In this document: piece by piece, positions 51,073 to 64,000 of the stretch
How positions within the stretch are numbered: the stretch's first letter is position 1
How the letters are laid out: the number at the start of each line of letters is the position of its first letter
Assembly: GCA_032718475.1 (NCBI GenBank)
Contig: JAUCBJ010006943.1
Location: 58,502-122,501 of the forward strand
Length of the DNA: 64,000 bases
Direction: 5' to 3'
Source of the DNA: Nemertoderma westbladi
Taxonomy: Eukaryota > Animalia > Xenacoelomorpha
The notes under the pieces: generated by a model
The model's input: only the letters and a program-made list of their open reading frames with translations
Told to the model about the DNA's origin: nothing
Database searches by the model: none
Translations under genes and position numbers: made by a program

Positions 51073-51644
51073 CATCACCGGATCCTTGTATCCAAAGTTT
51101 TACACCCAGTCTGTAGTCCAGCAGTCAGCCAGTACAGCAGTAACGGTACGGCAGTACACAAGCAGACAAGTACTACTGAAGTAGAGCAGTAGGTACTGTA
51201 ATTTAACTGGTCCGCATTTGATTTTTATCGACCCCAGCGGCCCAGCCCAGCTACCCCTGCCATGCGGCCATTGCAGCATTGGATGATGAAAGGGTGAGTG
51301 TGGAGGGGGCCCTGGCTTGGCCCCTGGCGGCAGCCGGCAGGGCCACCTTGTCAGCGAAAAAATTTGACAAATAGATCAGTAGATTACAGGCCCGACGCCG
51401 ACACTCAACAAACTCAAAACTGCAGAGCTGAGCACAGGAGCACCCCCCCCCCCCCCCCCCCCGTGTTAGGGCTGTAGGGTCGTGTAGCTTTAGCCATTCA
51501 AAAAGTCGCTGGATCAGCAATAGGCTAGGGGCTGAGGGGTATGTGCTACAATGCTATATAATAATAATAGGCCTATAACTGCAGAACTGTATACAGCTGT
51601 ACAGTATACTACTAGTATCAGCATGCTGCATTGCAGCTGCATTT

Positions 51645-51860
51645 TTAAGAATGCTGTGCCGGCCACAACTCCCTATCACCCATGACATTTGATAGATCAT
51701 CCTCATCTTCAAGGCCAGTGTCCTTTAAGATGCGTCTCAAGAAAGTCATGGGCTGTCCACCATGCTTATTCACTCCATGAGGCTGCCAGCCAAAGTACAA
51801 GATTATGCACTGGCTGGTCCTCACGGCGAAAGCAATGTCCTGCAAAGCGGAGCTGTATAA
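51645..51860 (-). mobile_element. 3'-end fragment of the same RTE-like subfamily as 18308-19700
   Basis: Near-identical to 18308-18530; LRFAGHCFRREDQPVHNLVLW. Confidence 0.8.
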
Positions 51861-52612
51861 TACAATATTTAGGTATGGTACGGTACCGGTACCTACTACA
51901 GTTAGGAACACTGGTCACTTTCTGGCTGAAGCTCAGCCAAAAATTATCCACATATTTACAGCCGAAGTCTGAAAGTGTCCGTGCAGCCACTATTTGTCCT
52001 TCACACGCTGTGATTACTGGATTATATTTTCGGACATATTTTGGCTGTAACTTCACTAGTCCTCAAAACAGAAGCTGGGCTGCTGGGCACATGAGGTGAC
52101 AATTTTTACTTTTAATAATATTAATGATAGTTATCCCTGTATCCCAACGATGAGATTCAGAGATTCTAATTCTCAAATTAATTTATACAGAATTTTATGG
52201 CGGTCTCTAATGTGTTTCTAAAGGTGTTTCTAATGCATCTAATGGCATAATTTTTAGAATGCCAATGTTAAAATTTCACTGCCGGTTTTCAAATGAAATT
52301 TAGCATTGTTTTCTGTGGAGTAAATTTCACTCTGAGAGCATTTTCCGCGGACACATTCTGGCTGTAAATTGGACAATTTGTGACCAGTGTTCCTGACTGT
52401 ACTATTGCTACTGCAGTACTGTACTATGTTTGTCCGCGTAGGCCCGACTGGCGTAGCGTTAAGACCTGCCTACTTCTGTACTCATATTACTTCACTAGGC
52501 CTATCCGATATAACCGCAGAACCGGACATGTACAGATGTATATACCGGTAGCCTACCGGTATATTATTTATTTTCTATATTTCGGTATATACTTTCTTAG
52601 GTCTATACCTGT

Positions 52613-53920
52613 ATGCTTCTTAAAGTCCTTGACCAAAAGGAATTTTTCAAGAAAAGAGTGAGTCATCGATTGAATATGAATCCAGCTTGTGAAGACATCA
52701 AAGTAACATTTAATATGATAAATCAAGATAACAGTTCTTATGATGAGGTCCAAACCAGTGTTGAAGAGGAATCTGTCTTAAGGCCCATAGTTACTTTAGT
52801 AAAGCAGGAAATCTCTCACGATGACCCCCACCCCCCGACTACTTCTGATAACATTGATAACTCATGTATCGCTATTAATCAAGACAACATCGGCGGACAA
52901 CTGCCTATTAGTTACATGAGCGAGAGCGATACCTTCAACAGTTCCAGTTGGGATATTCCAAACAATAATGATTCTATTGAAGCTGATCCTCGCCCTGGAA
53001 GAGATAATGAAAATCAAGGATACGAATTAATCCTTCCTGATATTAATTCCGAACAATATAATCTCTTTGGGAAAAGTGAGATATCGAATAATATTGGTAA
53101 ATTGCTCTTTATGGAAGGAAAATATAATATATATACAAACTACAAAATGTGTAAACTGAAAAAGCATAAATGTTCTTATTGTGGAAAGTCAATGGATAAA
53201 GCCCGTCTTCAGCTTCATATAGATACAATTCATAAAGGAATAAAATATAAATGTCCGAGTTGTGATAAATTATATTGTACGAAGAGAAATCTGCAGAGTC
53301 ATATTAACTCATTGCATAAAGGAATCAAATTCAACTGTATTCATTGTGATAAATCGTATGATACGAATAGTCATCTTAAGATTCACATCGATTCAGTCCA
53401 CAAAGGGATCAAGTATGATTGCTATATTTGTGGTAATGTATATTCGACACAGAGCTACCTCAAGATTCACATCGATTCAGTCCATAATGGTGTCAAATAT
53501 GATTGTTCAATTTGTGGCAATCAATTCCCAAAGAGAACAATTCTTAATAACCACATAGATGCAGTCCATAAAGGCATCAAACACAATTGCTCTATTTGTG
53601 ATAAATCATATTCAGCAAAGGACGATCTAAAAGTTCATATAGACTCAATTCATAAAGGGATAAAGCATAAATGTACTATTTGTCTTAAGTCATATGGTAC
53701 AAAGACAAATCTAAACAAACATATAAACTCAATTCATAAAGGCAACAAGTACAATTGTACTATTTGCGATAAAATACTCACTTCTAAACAATATCTCGAG
53801 ACGCACATTGACTCAACTCATAGGGGGATAAAATATAACTGTCTTCTTTGCGATAAATCATGTTCTACGAAGGGCAATCTAAACAAACATACAGTTTCAG
53901 CCCATAAAGGAATCAAATAA
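52613..53920 (+). CDS. C2H2 zinc-finger protein with nine tandem fingers; start may be 52676 or in an upstream exon
   Basis: Nine CxxC..HxxxxH units joined by KGIKY-type linkers after an acidic/Asn-rich N-terminus; the ORF is intact. Confidence 0.88.
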   Translation: MLLKVLDQKEFFKKRVSHRLNMNPACEDIKVTFNMINQDNSSYDEVQTSVEEESVLRPIVTLVKQEISHDDPHPPTTSDNIDNSCIAINQDNIGGQLPISYMSESDTFNSSSWDIPNNNDSIEADPRPGRDNENQGYELILPDINSEQYNLFGKSEISNNIGKLLFMEGKYNIYTNYKMCKLKKHKCSYCGKSMDKARLQLHIDTIHKGIKYKCPSCDKLYCTKRNLQSHINSLHKGIKFNCIHCDKSYDTNSHLKIHIDSVHKGIKYDCYICGNVYSTQSYLKIHIDSVHNGVKYDCSICGNQFPKRTILNNHIDAVHKGIKHNCSICDKSYSAKDDLKVHIDSIHKGIKHKCTICLKSYGTKTNLNKHINSIHKGNKYNCTICDKILTSKQYLETHIDSTHRGIKYNCLLCDKSCSTKGNLNKHTVSAHKGIK

Positions 53921-56236
53921 TTAAGTATACACTAACCACCCCCCCCCCCCCCCCCCCCCCCACCACCCAGTCCCAATTTTCTACAAATCTGCTTTCTATT
54001 TGAGATTAAATTTGAGATGAAGATAATTTTTCCATCCGATTTCTTAGTCTGAAGTTTACATATTTTTTTGATCAACTTATTTTAGAAAAATTCAAATAGT
54101 TTCAACTAGGCCCTATCTCCTTGATTGTTATATTCGTTCTCAATCTTTAGTTATAATCGTTTTAAAATCGAACTATATTACAATACGGCTATATTTAACT
54201 TTCACTTGTTACACCTCGGTTATTATTCAACCTTAGACTAGACAAAAATCGATTTGTTTAAACGTTTTATTTGTTTTGTTTTATGTTTTTTATTGTTTAG
54301 AATGTTTTTTTAGTTACATAGTTATAACATGTTAACACATTCAAACATGTACAGCTGCAAAGTTAAGATGTTACAAATAAGATAAGATAATACATTTATT
54401 TCCATTGTAAACATATGCAATAATTGTTTAATTTAAAGGACTGGGGTTCCTTGGTTTGAAATTAATACTACCAGGCAGTATTAATTTAATATAAATTTTC
54501 TGATTTTCAGTATTTCATTCCAAATTTCATTTGAAATGTTAGGTATTTCTTAGTAAATACAATTGATTCAATGCGCTGGCTTCCCTATATAGCTGATATT
54601 ACCTTCTTAAAATTAAAAAGAAACATAACAAACAGTGACGAAACATGTGTTTAAAACAATACCAATGTTTTTAAATTTTGTTCAGCTTTTTCAACCTTAT
54701 AATGTTTGTTGATACTGATGGAAAGCTAGCCAGTGAACATGCAAGGTTTCCAAATGTGTAACACAATCTGAATTTGCATGGATTTTCGTCTGCGCAAGGC
54801 AATTTTGCTTAATTGACTATTTTTACTATGTTGAGTTGATCACACCATATTCTAGAACATTTTGTTTATGTATGAATAGCTACTTAAGGGATTCCATTGT
54901 TGACCAGCTACTTTTATGAAATACACAAAATTTTTCCCAAATATGGTTCATTTATTAAATAGATAATTATATAATAATGTAAAACCATGCAACTGTCGAT
55001 CGCTCTTCTTATACTTATCTCAGCTATTTTTCAACGAAATTTAGATTGTTACATCACATCTTTGAAATCCTTGCATAGCCAACTTTCTATCAGTCCAGTA
55101 GCAACAAATAACTATAATAAGGTTGAAGAATAACTGCGGTGTTAATGGTGAAATATCGACGGAGACACATTTTTTAAACGCTTAAGAAACTGAAAATGAT
55201 GAACAAAATTGCAAAAGAATGTAAGCTAAAATAACAATTCTGTGGAAGAGGGTGAAAGTATCACGGTTTTAAATTTCTTGTAATCTCATTAACATTTTTT
55301 ATATTCCATTTCATAAGTATAAAACATGTTCTAGAACATATTTTATATATCATATGATATTACGTTTAAATTCACATAAACAAAGAAACAATTTTTTTAA
55401 GGGGGAGGTACTACAGTAGTCTCTGAATTTCTGTAAGACCAGAGGTAGGTAACTATTAATGTTTAATATATTACGCTGATTAGTGTTAATTACAATAAAA
55501 AATAATTGTGTAAATTAATAATGTAGAATTGTATTTTATTCTGAAATTGTTTTTTTCTCTCGAATACTGTATACGTCAACATCGGGAGAAAATGGTGTAC
55601 TTTTTTATCTAGGGGAAAATTGCAAAATATGATTGTATTGGTTTTACGTTTTGAAAGAACATCGAAGTAGAAAAGGTTTTCAATACAAGTAAGAGCAAAA
55701 TCCACAAACTTCTAAAGTTATGGCAAATTTAATGTCTTACGGCTTTCTAGTTACTGGATAAATATTCGAGAACACTATATTTAACATTGAGTAAGGCGGC
55801 ATCAGGAGTTGAGGATACTGGTAAAATACTGGTATATTTTGGTAAAATACTGAAGTTCAATTTATCTTGTTCAACACTATTTCGTTCTATCTTTTATTAA
55901 AGAATTGAGCAACAGAAAACTACCAATTTAAGATAATTATAATTATATTTTCCTTTAGATGTTAAATTCAAATGTGCGGCAATACTTGATGTAAATATTC
56001 TTTATTTATTTTATGTCCTAGTGTATTTTATTGTATTACATGCTTTTTTCTGGTGTTCATTATGATCATCTGTTGTGTAAGCCAAAGCTACCCTATTCTT
56101 GGTTGTTTTCACTAACGCCATATTTAATGAGTAACTCTAATATAAATGAATTACACGCATTGTTCAAAATCAAGTTCGATAAATATTTATTTAGAATAGA
56201 CTTGATATCCATAGTCAGAACTGCTATTGCTTCTTA

Positions 56237-56389
56237 AGGCCATGATACACCACAGGAGCGGCGAGCGGCAGCGGCAAGCGGCCGCGGCGAGCGGCCACTT
56301 TTTAAAAATAGAACACATTATTTTCTATGGGTGATGATACACCACAAATGGCTGCTGCCGCTCGCTGCTCCTGTGGTGTATCATGGCCT
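56237..56389. mobile_element. PIF/Harbinger-like MITE
   Basis: TIR AGGCCATGATACACCACAGGAGC; TTA is duplicated on both flanks. Confidence 0.85.
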
Positions 56390-57181
56390 TTAGACTCCTT
56401 CCCATGGAACTTTGTCGTGAGACAAAGTTAACTACCAGAACTATCCCAGGACTCCCACCCCTGCAATCCCATTCTCGTTTGTTTTACAGGCTTATGCTTT
56501 GTGGTTCACATTAGTTGTATGTCTACGACATTAGGGATCTCATAAGTTGTTATCAGTGAGTGCATTCATTTTAGATTGATCATTATTCCCTTATTGTGGG
56601 TTGCGCAACACTTGAATTCCAAAATATCCCCATGGTGAAGTTTCCCAGAATGATTGAATGGTAGAAAATACGAAAATTGCGCAAAGGTCGTTAATGGATC
56701 CTAATTCCTTTCCGACGTGTATGCCTACTTTTCTCGGTTTGGAAAAGGATTCTTGGGGAAAACTTCACATAAATACATCAAGTTTGCAGCTGATGTAAAA
56801 TCTGCTGCAAAATTAGGCTAACTATCCCCCCTTAAGCCCCGTGTGAAGTATGCCAGACTTTCTGCTGTTATATTTAACTTTGCAGTTTACCCCCACTTGA
56901 AGAGTTCCAGGTTTTCACTAAAAACCCAGGCTACAGAAGAGCTGAATCTAACCGAAACAATCAATTAATTATAATATGTTGAGATTATAAGAATATCACC
57001 AAAAACAATGCTTCAAATTACTTTTAATAATTTGAACAGGCTCATTCGACCTCAAATTACTGTTATCTAATAAGGTTGTATAAAGTGAAAACACCCTTTA
57101 AGAGACCTAGGAACAGTATACTGTAGTTATAATGTTGGCGAGTTAGTGCAAAAAAGGGTAGGCCGATTCAGCCTCCCATAA

Positions 57182-57661
57182 GGCCCCCCTCACACGGAGC
57201 AACTTGTTGCTGCCCCCCCCCCCCCCCCCTGACACACAGAAACTTGTTGCTCAAGAAAATAACAATTATTTCAAAACAAATAGCTAACATGTCAAGTCAT
57301 TTATATATAATATCAAGTCATTCAAAATTATCGAATATTAGCTCTAATATACAAATTGGATGTAAAAAAGGTTTTTAAAAACGTTGCTGGGGATATAACT
57401 TTCAGCAACTTGTTGCTGGAACCCCTCACACACAGAAATAAGTTTCGGAAACAAGTTGCAGCAACTTGTTGCTGGACTACTCACACACATAAATACTGTA
57501 AGTTTTGGAAACAAGTTGCAGCAACTTGTTGCTGCATTCCTCACACATAGAAACAAGTTTCGGAAACAAGTTGCAGCAACAAGTTTCTGTGTGTGAGGGG
57601 GTCCAGCAACAAGTTTCATAAACAAGTTGCAGAAACAAGTTGCTCCGTGTGAGGGGGGGCC
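57182..57661. mobile_element. PIF/Harbinger-like MITE with internal palindromic repeats
   Basis: TIR GGCCCCCC(C)TCACACGGAGCAACTTGTT with TAA/TTA flanks; repeated AACAAGTTGCAGCAACTTGTT. Confidence 0.8.
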
Positions 57662-58117
57662 TTAGTTGACTTGGCATTATCCTTTTGTGAAACATCCCGA
57701 TCATATTATAACTACTACTTTGAAAGTAGGTCTATTTATGCTTCACGCATAATAAATTGACTATTTCTGGTCGAATGGGTATCTTTTTAATTCTGTAAGG
57801 TAATGTAACTGCATCACCCCAAAATATTCCAGAACATTAATAAAATAATCAAACCATAAGTAAGTTAAACTATAGCTACAGTCGCAAAATATATTTTGTA
57901 TGGGATTTTTGTCATCTACTGTATATACCTACAGTTTTTTACTGTAACACAGATACTCACAAACAACAATGGTGCAACTTTCACTTTTTTATGTTTAACA
58001 TAATATGAAAAGGTGAAAATTGTTACAAAAGTAACAAACCTCGTCATTGCCATTAATGGCAAATAATTTACTTTTCTTTACATGAATGACAATGCCTGAA
58101 ATATCGCAAATACTAAC

Positions 58118-60256
58118 TGTTACGGTATATGGCGCTGTACACATTATTAGCCATTATACAGTTATAATATTTTAGATAAGACATAATAGCGAGGTGATGT
58201 TTAGATAAGGAAACTGATACGCCCATATATTTTGAACTCATCCATTTTGTATAGTATGTAGCCCTACCTACGTAATTTTGTATTAAGATATAAGTAGATA
58301 GTTCCAGGGTAGCAAGTTCAGTTGGACCCTGGATATGTGCTTGCTGTTATTAGCTTCGATAGGGCCAGCATCTAGGGACGCAATCCTAACCATTCCGCAG
58401 CCAGGGACATGATCCATTACCATATATGGTAATAATTCGCGGTTTGGAAGCCCTGAGGTTCACAATCCGGCTTTCTAATTGGACTAACTGTTTCCAGGTT
58501 GGTCTAATGCTAGTGCGGACTGGAGAGCCAATAGGAGAGCGATTGCATCACCCTTATTGCATCACCCTTCTCGGATCACCTATAAATTGGCGGTTTGCCG
58601 GTAGAGCTGTACCAATCCTACTCCTCTACAACACCAACCCCATATCATTATTCTGTGTTAAGTTTAGGAGTACAATTTGTGCGTATTTTCTGCATTTCTA
58701 CCCTTTGATTAATTTTCTTGGAATGATTCGTTAGTGTTATTATTCTTAACTGTGTTTCTCAATCAATCCTATTGATTACTGCTAATTACAACCGGAACTA
58801 TGATTTCTACCTCTTTCGTTAATGGTTCTATGTAATTCATTTCGACGCAATAATCCTACGGGATTTCTGAGACTGTCAGACTTGTGATTTGCATGCGCCG
58901 CTACGGTAGCTATTCAATAAATGGAGGGCTAAGGTGCCAGTAGGCGGTGGGCTCATCGGGGGGTTAGCGACGAAGGGAGTGCGGAGGATTCAAAGGCGGG
59001 CAACGCTGGCGGGGGGTCAACGTTGTGGTCGGGCAATTTGGACTGTAGGTTGGAGACCGCTCGCTGGTACGGTAATTAGGGGGCTGATGATCCAGGTTTT
59101 GTCTCTATTTAGTATTAGGGGGCAGGAATTGGGTTAGTTAGGAAGCCTAGATGTACCCGGGAGGGGCCTGCATACCTTACAGTAGATTGCGTATTAGTCA
59201 ATTGCGAATTATTATGTTGCGAATTATATAATTGCAGAAATTGCAAGTCGTGCTATTGTGATCTGTGATTGCTGACGCTGATTGGTGTGTTACTGAAGTG
59301 TGCCTATGATTACGAATGCTTAGGTAGGCGCCCCTTTCTCTTTGATTGATTTCTATTTCTTAGTTACAACAAATAATTACTGATTAGGTCAAAGTAATAC
59401 GGCATTTTAGGCTATTACTAGCGAAACCTGTTGTGTAATAAATTAGAATTACGCATTCTGGAACTCTTAGTAATTAGTGCGCTGTTACATATTTGTGACT
59501 GTAATTGATTAGTAAAATTAAGAATTAGTACGCAGCATGGCGGAGAGTAGCTAAGGTAATAATTTAGAGTACCGTAAACTATTCACGCTGAGCGGTTATT
59601 TGCATTAGCGGGCAATAAGCTAGATCGCAGTAGTCAGTACGCAAGACACTAGTAGATTGCTGACCTAAAGCCAGCTGCAGGCAAGTTTAGACCCAGAGCG
59701 GTATCACCCACGAAAGACATTGTACCGTACCATTATTTGATTATTTTAAATATTCTCGCATTCACACATTCCGTTAGGGAACCCCCAGTATTCGCGATTA
59801 GAAAAGACGTAGGCAATAGCGTGCTTTAATAGTGGTAAAATTAGGCGTAAGAATACTCTGAGTGCAAAGCCTCTCGCACTCGTCTTAAGTAAGCTTAGGG
59901 AGCCGACTCAGGTTTATTGTTTTGGTTATTCCCGCGTTGCTCATAGATTCGAACAGTTAGCTCTCTATCGAGCGATCGGTAGAGAAAGGAACAAGCGATT
60001 TTGCAGGAGCTGTGTAAATTTAGTAAAATATATTAGCGGACGGCAGATTAGCGCCATCCAACGGTAAGTAGCGGTTTTGTATTTAGCAGCCTTTACAATT
60101 TAGTAATAGCACGCTCCTGATCCCCTTTACTTAACAGTAGAGCAGTCTTTGTGTCTTATTGGTTAGGCGAGAACTCATTAGGTTGGCAGAGAAGTATACG
60201 GGTATTTGTCTGTTCAACAGTTCTGCTGTTAGTATAGGGGTCGCGCCAGTTTAACA
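58118..60256. mobile_element. Probable long solo LTR (2139 bp)
   Basis: TGTTA...TAACA termini; CTAAC is duplicated at 58113-58117 and 60257-60261; raised GC and CpG content with no coding signal. Confidence 0.7.
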
Positions 60257-62128
60257 CTAACTAATGCTTGAAGCTTACTATACAATTATTTCTCGATGTC
60301 GAAAAGATAACTGTATCATCCATAAAGAGCAATAGTGCAATCGCACCCAAAAACCCATCAATTAAAACTGATTTAGTTATCATTAACACCATCTTGTTCA
60401 GGTAGATACAAAATAAGATTCCGCTAGAGGGCGCGCCCTGGCGAACTCCTATAAAGGTTAGGACAATTGTTGTTTTCAGTAAACTTTTTGTATCACTATA
60501 TACTGTAGTGCTTTAATAATGAGTAGCATTCTATGACCGCATCCTAAGGCTTTCAGTTCATTAATTAATTTATTTCGGGGTACACGGTCATAGGCCTTAC
60601 TAAAGTCTATGAAAACTATAAACAATTTGACTTCTTAAATTTGGCATAATCGATTAAGAGTCGGAGGCTAAGTATGTGCTCTAAGCATCCACGCCCCTTT
60701 TGGGAGCCTGCTTTTGACATTTATTTAGATTAATCCAGTGTTTTAAGCGGTTATATACAGTATCAGGATATCAAAGAGTTTTGCTAAGGTAGACACTATA
60801 CTTAAACCACGATAATTGCCACAGTCTAACTTGTTACCCGAATTAAAACAGACAACCAACTTGCTGATTAACTAACTAAGTGTTAAATATACTGTACAGT
60901 ATATAGAAAAAGCAATACCCATGAACCGGGGAGTTTCAAAAATAGACCAGGGCTTGAGCCAGTGTACATGTACAGTATCCTTTGTTCGGTTTTAGATCAG
61001 CCATTGCTTCGTCTAATTCTTATTGAGAGAAAGGATCGTCTAAAATTGGGATGTAAGGTGCATCACAGAGGTCAACATTGCTGTTATCATAAATAATCAA
61101 AATGTTCTAGAACATTGTGTATTTATTAAATAGAACAAAATACATGGCCTGCAGCGCAAGTAAATACATCCAAACTTTCGAATGCCCATATCTGAGCTAT
61201 TTCCCAACCAAATTCAAATATTTTTACATAATTTGGAATCCTTGCATGTCCAACTTTCCACTAGTACCAACAAATCACTAAATGTTTGAAGAATAACTGC
61301 GGTGTAACTGGTGCAATATCGACGTAGACACTTTTCATTAAACACTTGTACAGTAGCTAAAGAATGAACATAAAAATAAAAACTCTGGCTCACCCCCCTA
61401 TAAGCATTTGACGTCTAATTTTACACCTTAACAGGTATGTGGACGTCATTTTACGTCAATTATGTTTGTTGCAAGAACTCATCGTTTTGATGGTTGACGT
61501 AATTACGTAAAATTACGTCTTGACCACGTCTTGTTGACACGTTCCTGTATGAGACTTATACATGGTGGATATAATTACCTAAAATGACGTGTTGAACACG
61601 TCTTAATGGCACGTATCTGTGTGATACTTTTCATGGTGGAAATAATTACCTAAAATTACGTCTTGAACACGTGTCTTAATGACACATCTACTTACCACTT
61701 ACAGACTTACCTACTGACTGACTACAGTACGAGTACAGTATATTTATATTAGTAGTACCGGCAGACTGGCAGACCGGTGCGGTACTACAGTACTACATAC
61801 TAGACTCAGGCTACTGCTGGAGCTGGAGTACAGCTGTACAGGCTGACAGGTGACAGGATTGTCATTTCACGTTTGAACCACCTGGCTGCTGACCTGCCTG
61901 GCCTAACATATCCTGCAGTCCTGTTTGGTGGCCTCCTGGCTGGCTGCCTGGCCTCCAACCCGCAACCTCTGGTCTCTTAAATTTCTTCTTACCAGTAACC
62001 TTATGTAGTACAGTTGTGTACAGTACAGGCGAGGATATCATAAATTGGCCTACCATAAATAATATGCAAACAATCTAGGCCTATCTATCTAGGCACATGA
62101 TTTATTGTGTGGTCAATTATTATATAAA

Positions 62129-62787
62129 ATGGACAATAACCTTAAACGTTATGTTGTTATTGAATTTAATTTGGGAAAGCGTGTTGAAGTTGAATGGGCT
62201 TTAAGTTCATGGATCATTTCGTACGATAAAAGAAGTCAATCAGTCTTAACATATTGGCCCCGGAATGTTGAATCAATGCGAAAAGAATTTGGTAATGTAG
62301 AGATGTCAAGTTGGGCGAAACACCGAGGAACTGTTTTGGCTTTTACAAGTTAGTTAGTTCAATTTTGAAATATTTCCTTTATTGTTATCTGATCCGTAGG
62401 CCTATATCATATATCTCCTTATGTAGGTCTTTTTCTTTGTTCTCTCAGCTTCGTTGATTTTTCAGAGAATTGATCACAAAAAAAGGGTATTATTTAATTT
62501 ATTAATTTGTGGTTTCATTTAAAGGCATCTTGATAGATTTATCTAGTTATTATATATTTATTATATTGTTTTCCCTGACAGAGAATGTTGAGAAGGCTGA
62601 AAGACTTGCTGGTGAAGCAGTAACGAGAAACGAAATATACTGCTCCGAAAGTGGTAGTGGTAGAGCACCACCAACAGACGATGAGCTGGGCGATAGACAC
62701 AGGGGGTTGAGAAGAAAAAAGGTTATTGATTACAGGCAACTCGATACTGGTAATGCTAGTGATGGAGACGATTTGGAAAGTGATAAT
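62129..62787 (+). pseudogene. First two exons (62129-62348, 62582-62787) of a transposon-associated gene (CACTA/DUF4806-BEN-type N-terminus); continuation not found
   Basis: YVVIEF..VE..SSW..YWP..W..VL pattern, an in-frame phase-1 GT-AG intron, RGLRRKK, and a GTAAGT donor at 62788; a MITE-like end (GGGGTCAGCCATAAATGACGTC) follows at ~62842. Confidence 0.5.
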
Positions 62788-63391
62788 GTAAGTAAAATGA
62801 GTGAGTAACGTTGATGCTAATTAATACATGTTTATATTTTAGGGGTCAGCCATAAATGACGTCCGAGGTCAGAGGGGGGCGAGGGGGTCTTCGAAATCCG
62901 GACATCTTCGGACAGGAGTTGGATGGGGTTGGCTAAATTAGGATGTCCGATTTTCACTTTTCTTTATTTAGATTAATATAAATTTATCACTACTGTAATA
63001 AACGGGTTACCTAATTGGTTGAGGGCAGACCTTCTTCATTATTTTTAAATATTTTGAGTTTATAGGTAGAATACAGTCCATATGTCTAACACAATTGTTC
63101 TTTACGTTCATCTAATAATGTACCGTCATCATAATGTTCCCACTTCCCACACTATACTGTAGTATTCACACATTTTTCGTTCGTATATTTGCTATTTAGG
63201 ACATCTTAGTGTCGGGCATCAAGCCTTCTTCAAAATTCCATTCGATACAGCGGCCACATCCTACCCCATCACCGCTCGACGTTGGTTATTTTAGAGATTG
63301 CGACAATATTTCTGTAAGTCATTATTTTCAAAATGTCACCGAGACTGTCTGATGTGTGTGTCTGTATATACAATAATATTTACTTAATAAA

Positions 63392-63829
63392 ATGACTTTT
63401 CTTAAAATGACTCATGCAATATCAGGTCTCCGTCAAATAAGGGGACAACTGACAAAGCAGTGCAAATTATATTTATACAAAACACTAGTATTACCACACC
63501 TCAGTAACTATTGCTGCGAAATTTTAATATCACTCCATAATATTCATGGTTTCAAAGAACAACTATATTCTCTAGAAAAAATACAAAATTATGGTCTGCG
63601 GGTAGTATTTTTAAATAGACAGAACTCACCAGTCATAAATTCAAGAACGCACAAAATTAAAACACCGCTATCGAAAAATAACAAAGGATATAATAGCATA
63701 ATTTTAAGCATGATAAGACTATGGAACTCCCTAGATGATAATTTTCGTAGTATCACAAAATATAGCACATTTGAAAATACAATCAAAAAACACTATTACT
63801 CCCTATATGAACGAGAAGCAATTATTTAG
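63392..63829 (+). mobile_element. Internally deleted 3' fragment of a CR1/L2-type LINE
   Basis: LYKTLVLPHL..YC, LEKIQNYGLR and IRLWNSL motifs. Confidence 0.65.
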
Positions 63830-64000
63830 ATAAAAATAGATTAATGTAAAATACATCAGTTAAAAGTCAGTTATACAATTATAAAATTTATTTATTTATT
63901 AAATTATCTTTAGGGGCGTAGTAACTGGGTAATGTAGGGTCTGGTGTGGTCTATTTTGTCCAATGCTGCATGTGCAGTTGGATTCATCAATAGACCAATT

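Overview
AT-rich eukaryotic DNA, most likely from an invertebrate animal. This is inferred from a metazoan-type FMC1 gene, BEL/Pao LTR retrotransposons, CR1/L2 and RTE LINEs, tRNA-derived SINEs and GT-AG introns; the species cannot be determined from the sequence. Host genes: a 1161-aa intronless protein with about nine U1/matrin-type zinc fingers, FMC1, a 9-finger C2H2 protein, and two tandem two-exon metacaspase genes (23230-24681, 31149-32735). The metacaspases are the stand-out. Both have the permuted p10-before-p20 (type III) architecture described from algae with secondary plastids, whereas animals are generally held to lack metacaspases. They sit among host-type transposons, share one intron position, show patchy gene conversion and have diverged in charge and C-terminal tail, suggesting a horizontally acquired, duplicated and diversifying protease system. 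The rest is densely nested transposable elements: a non-autonomous BEL/Pao element with extra ORFs, no tRNA primer site and a possible self-priming signal, a decayed BEL/Pao, two solo LTRs, many MITEs and tandem repeats. Coordinates were read by hand; family assignments come from motif recognition, not database searches.
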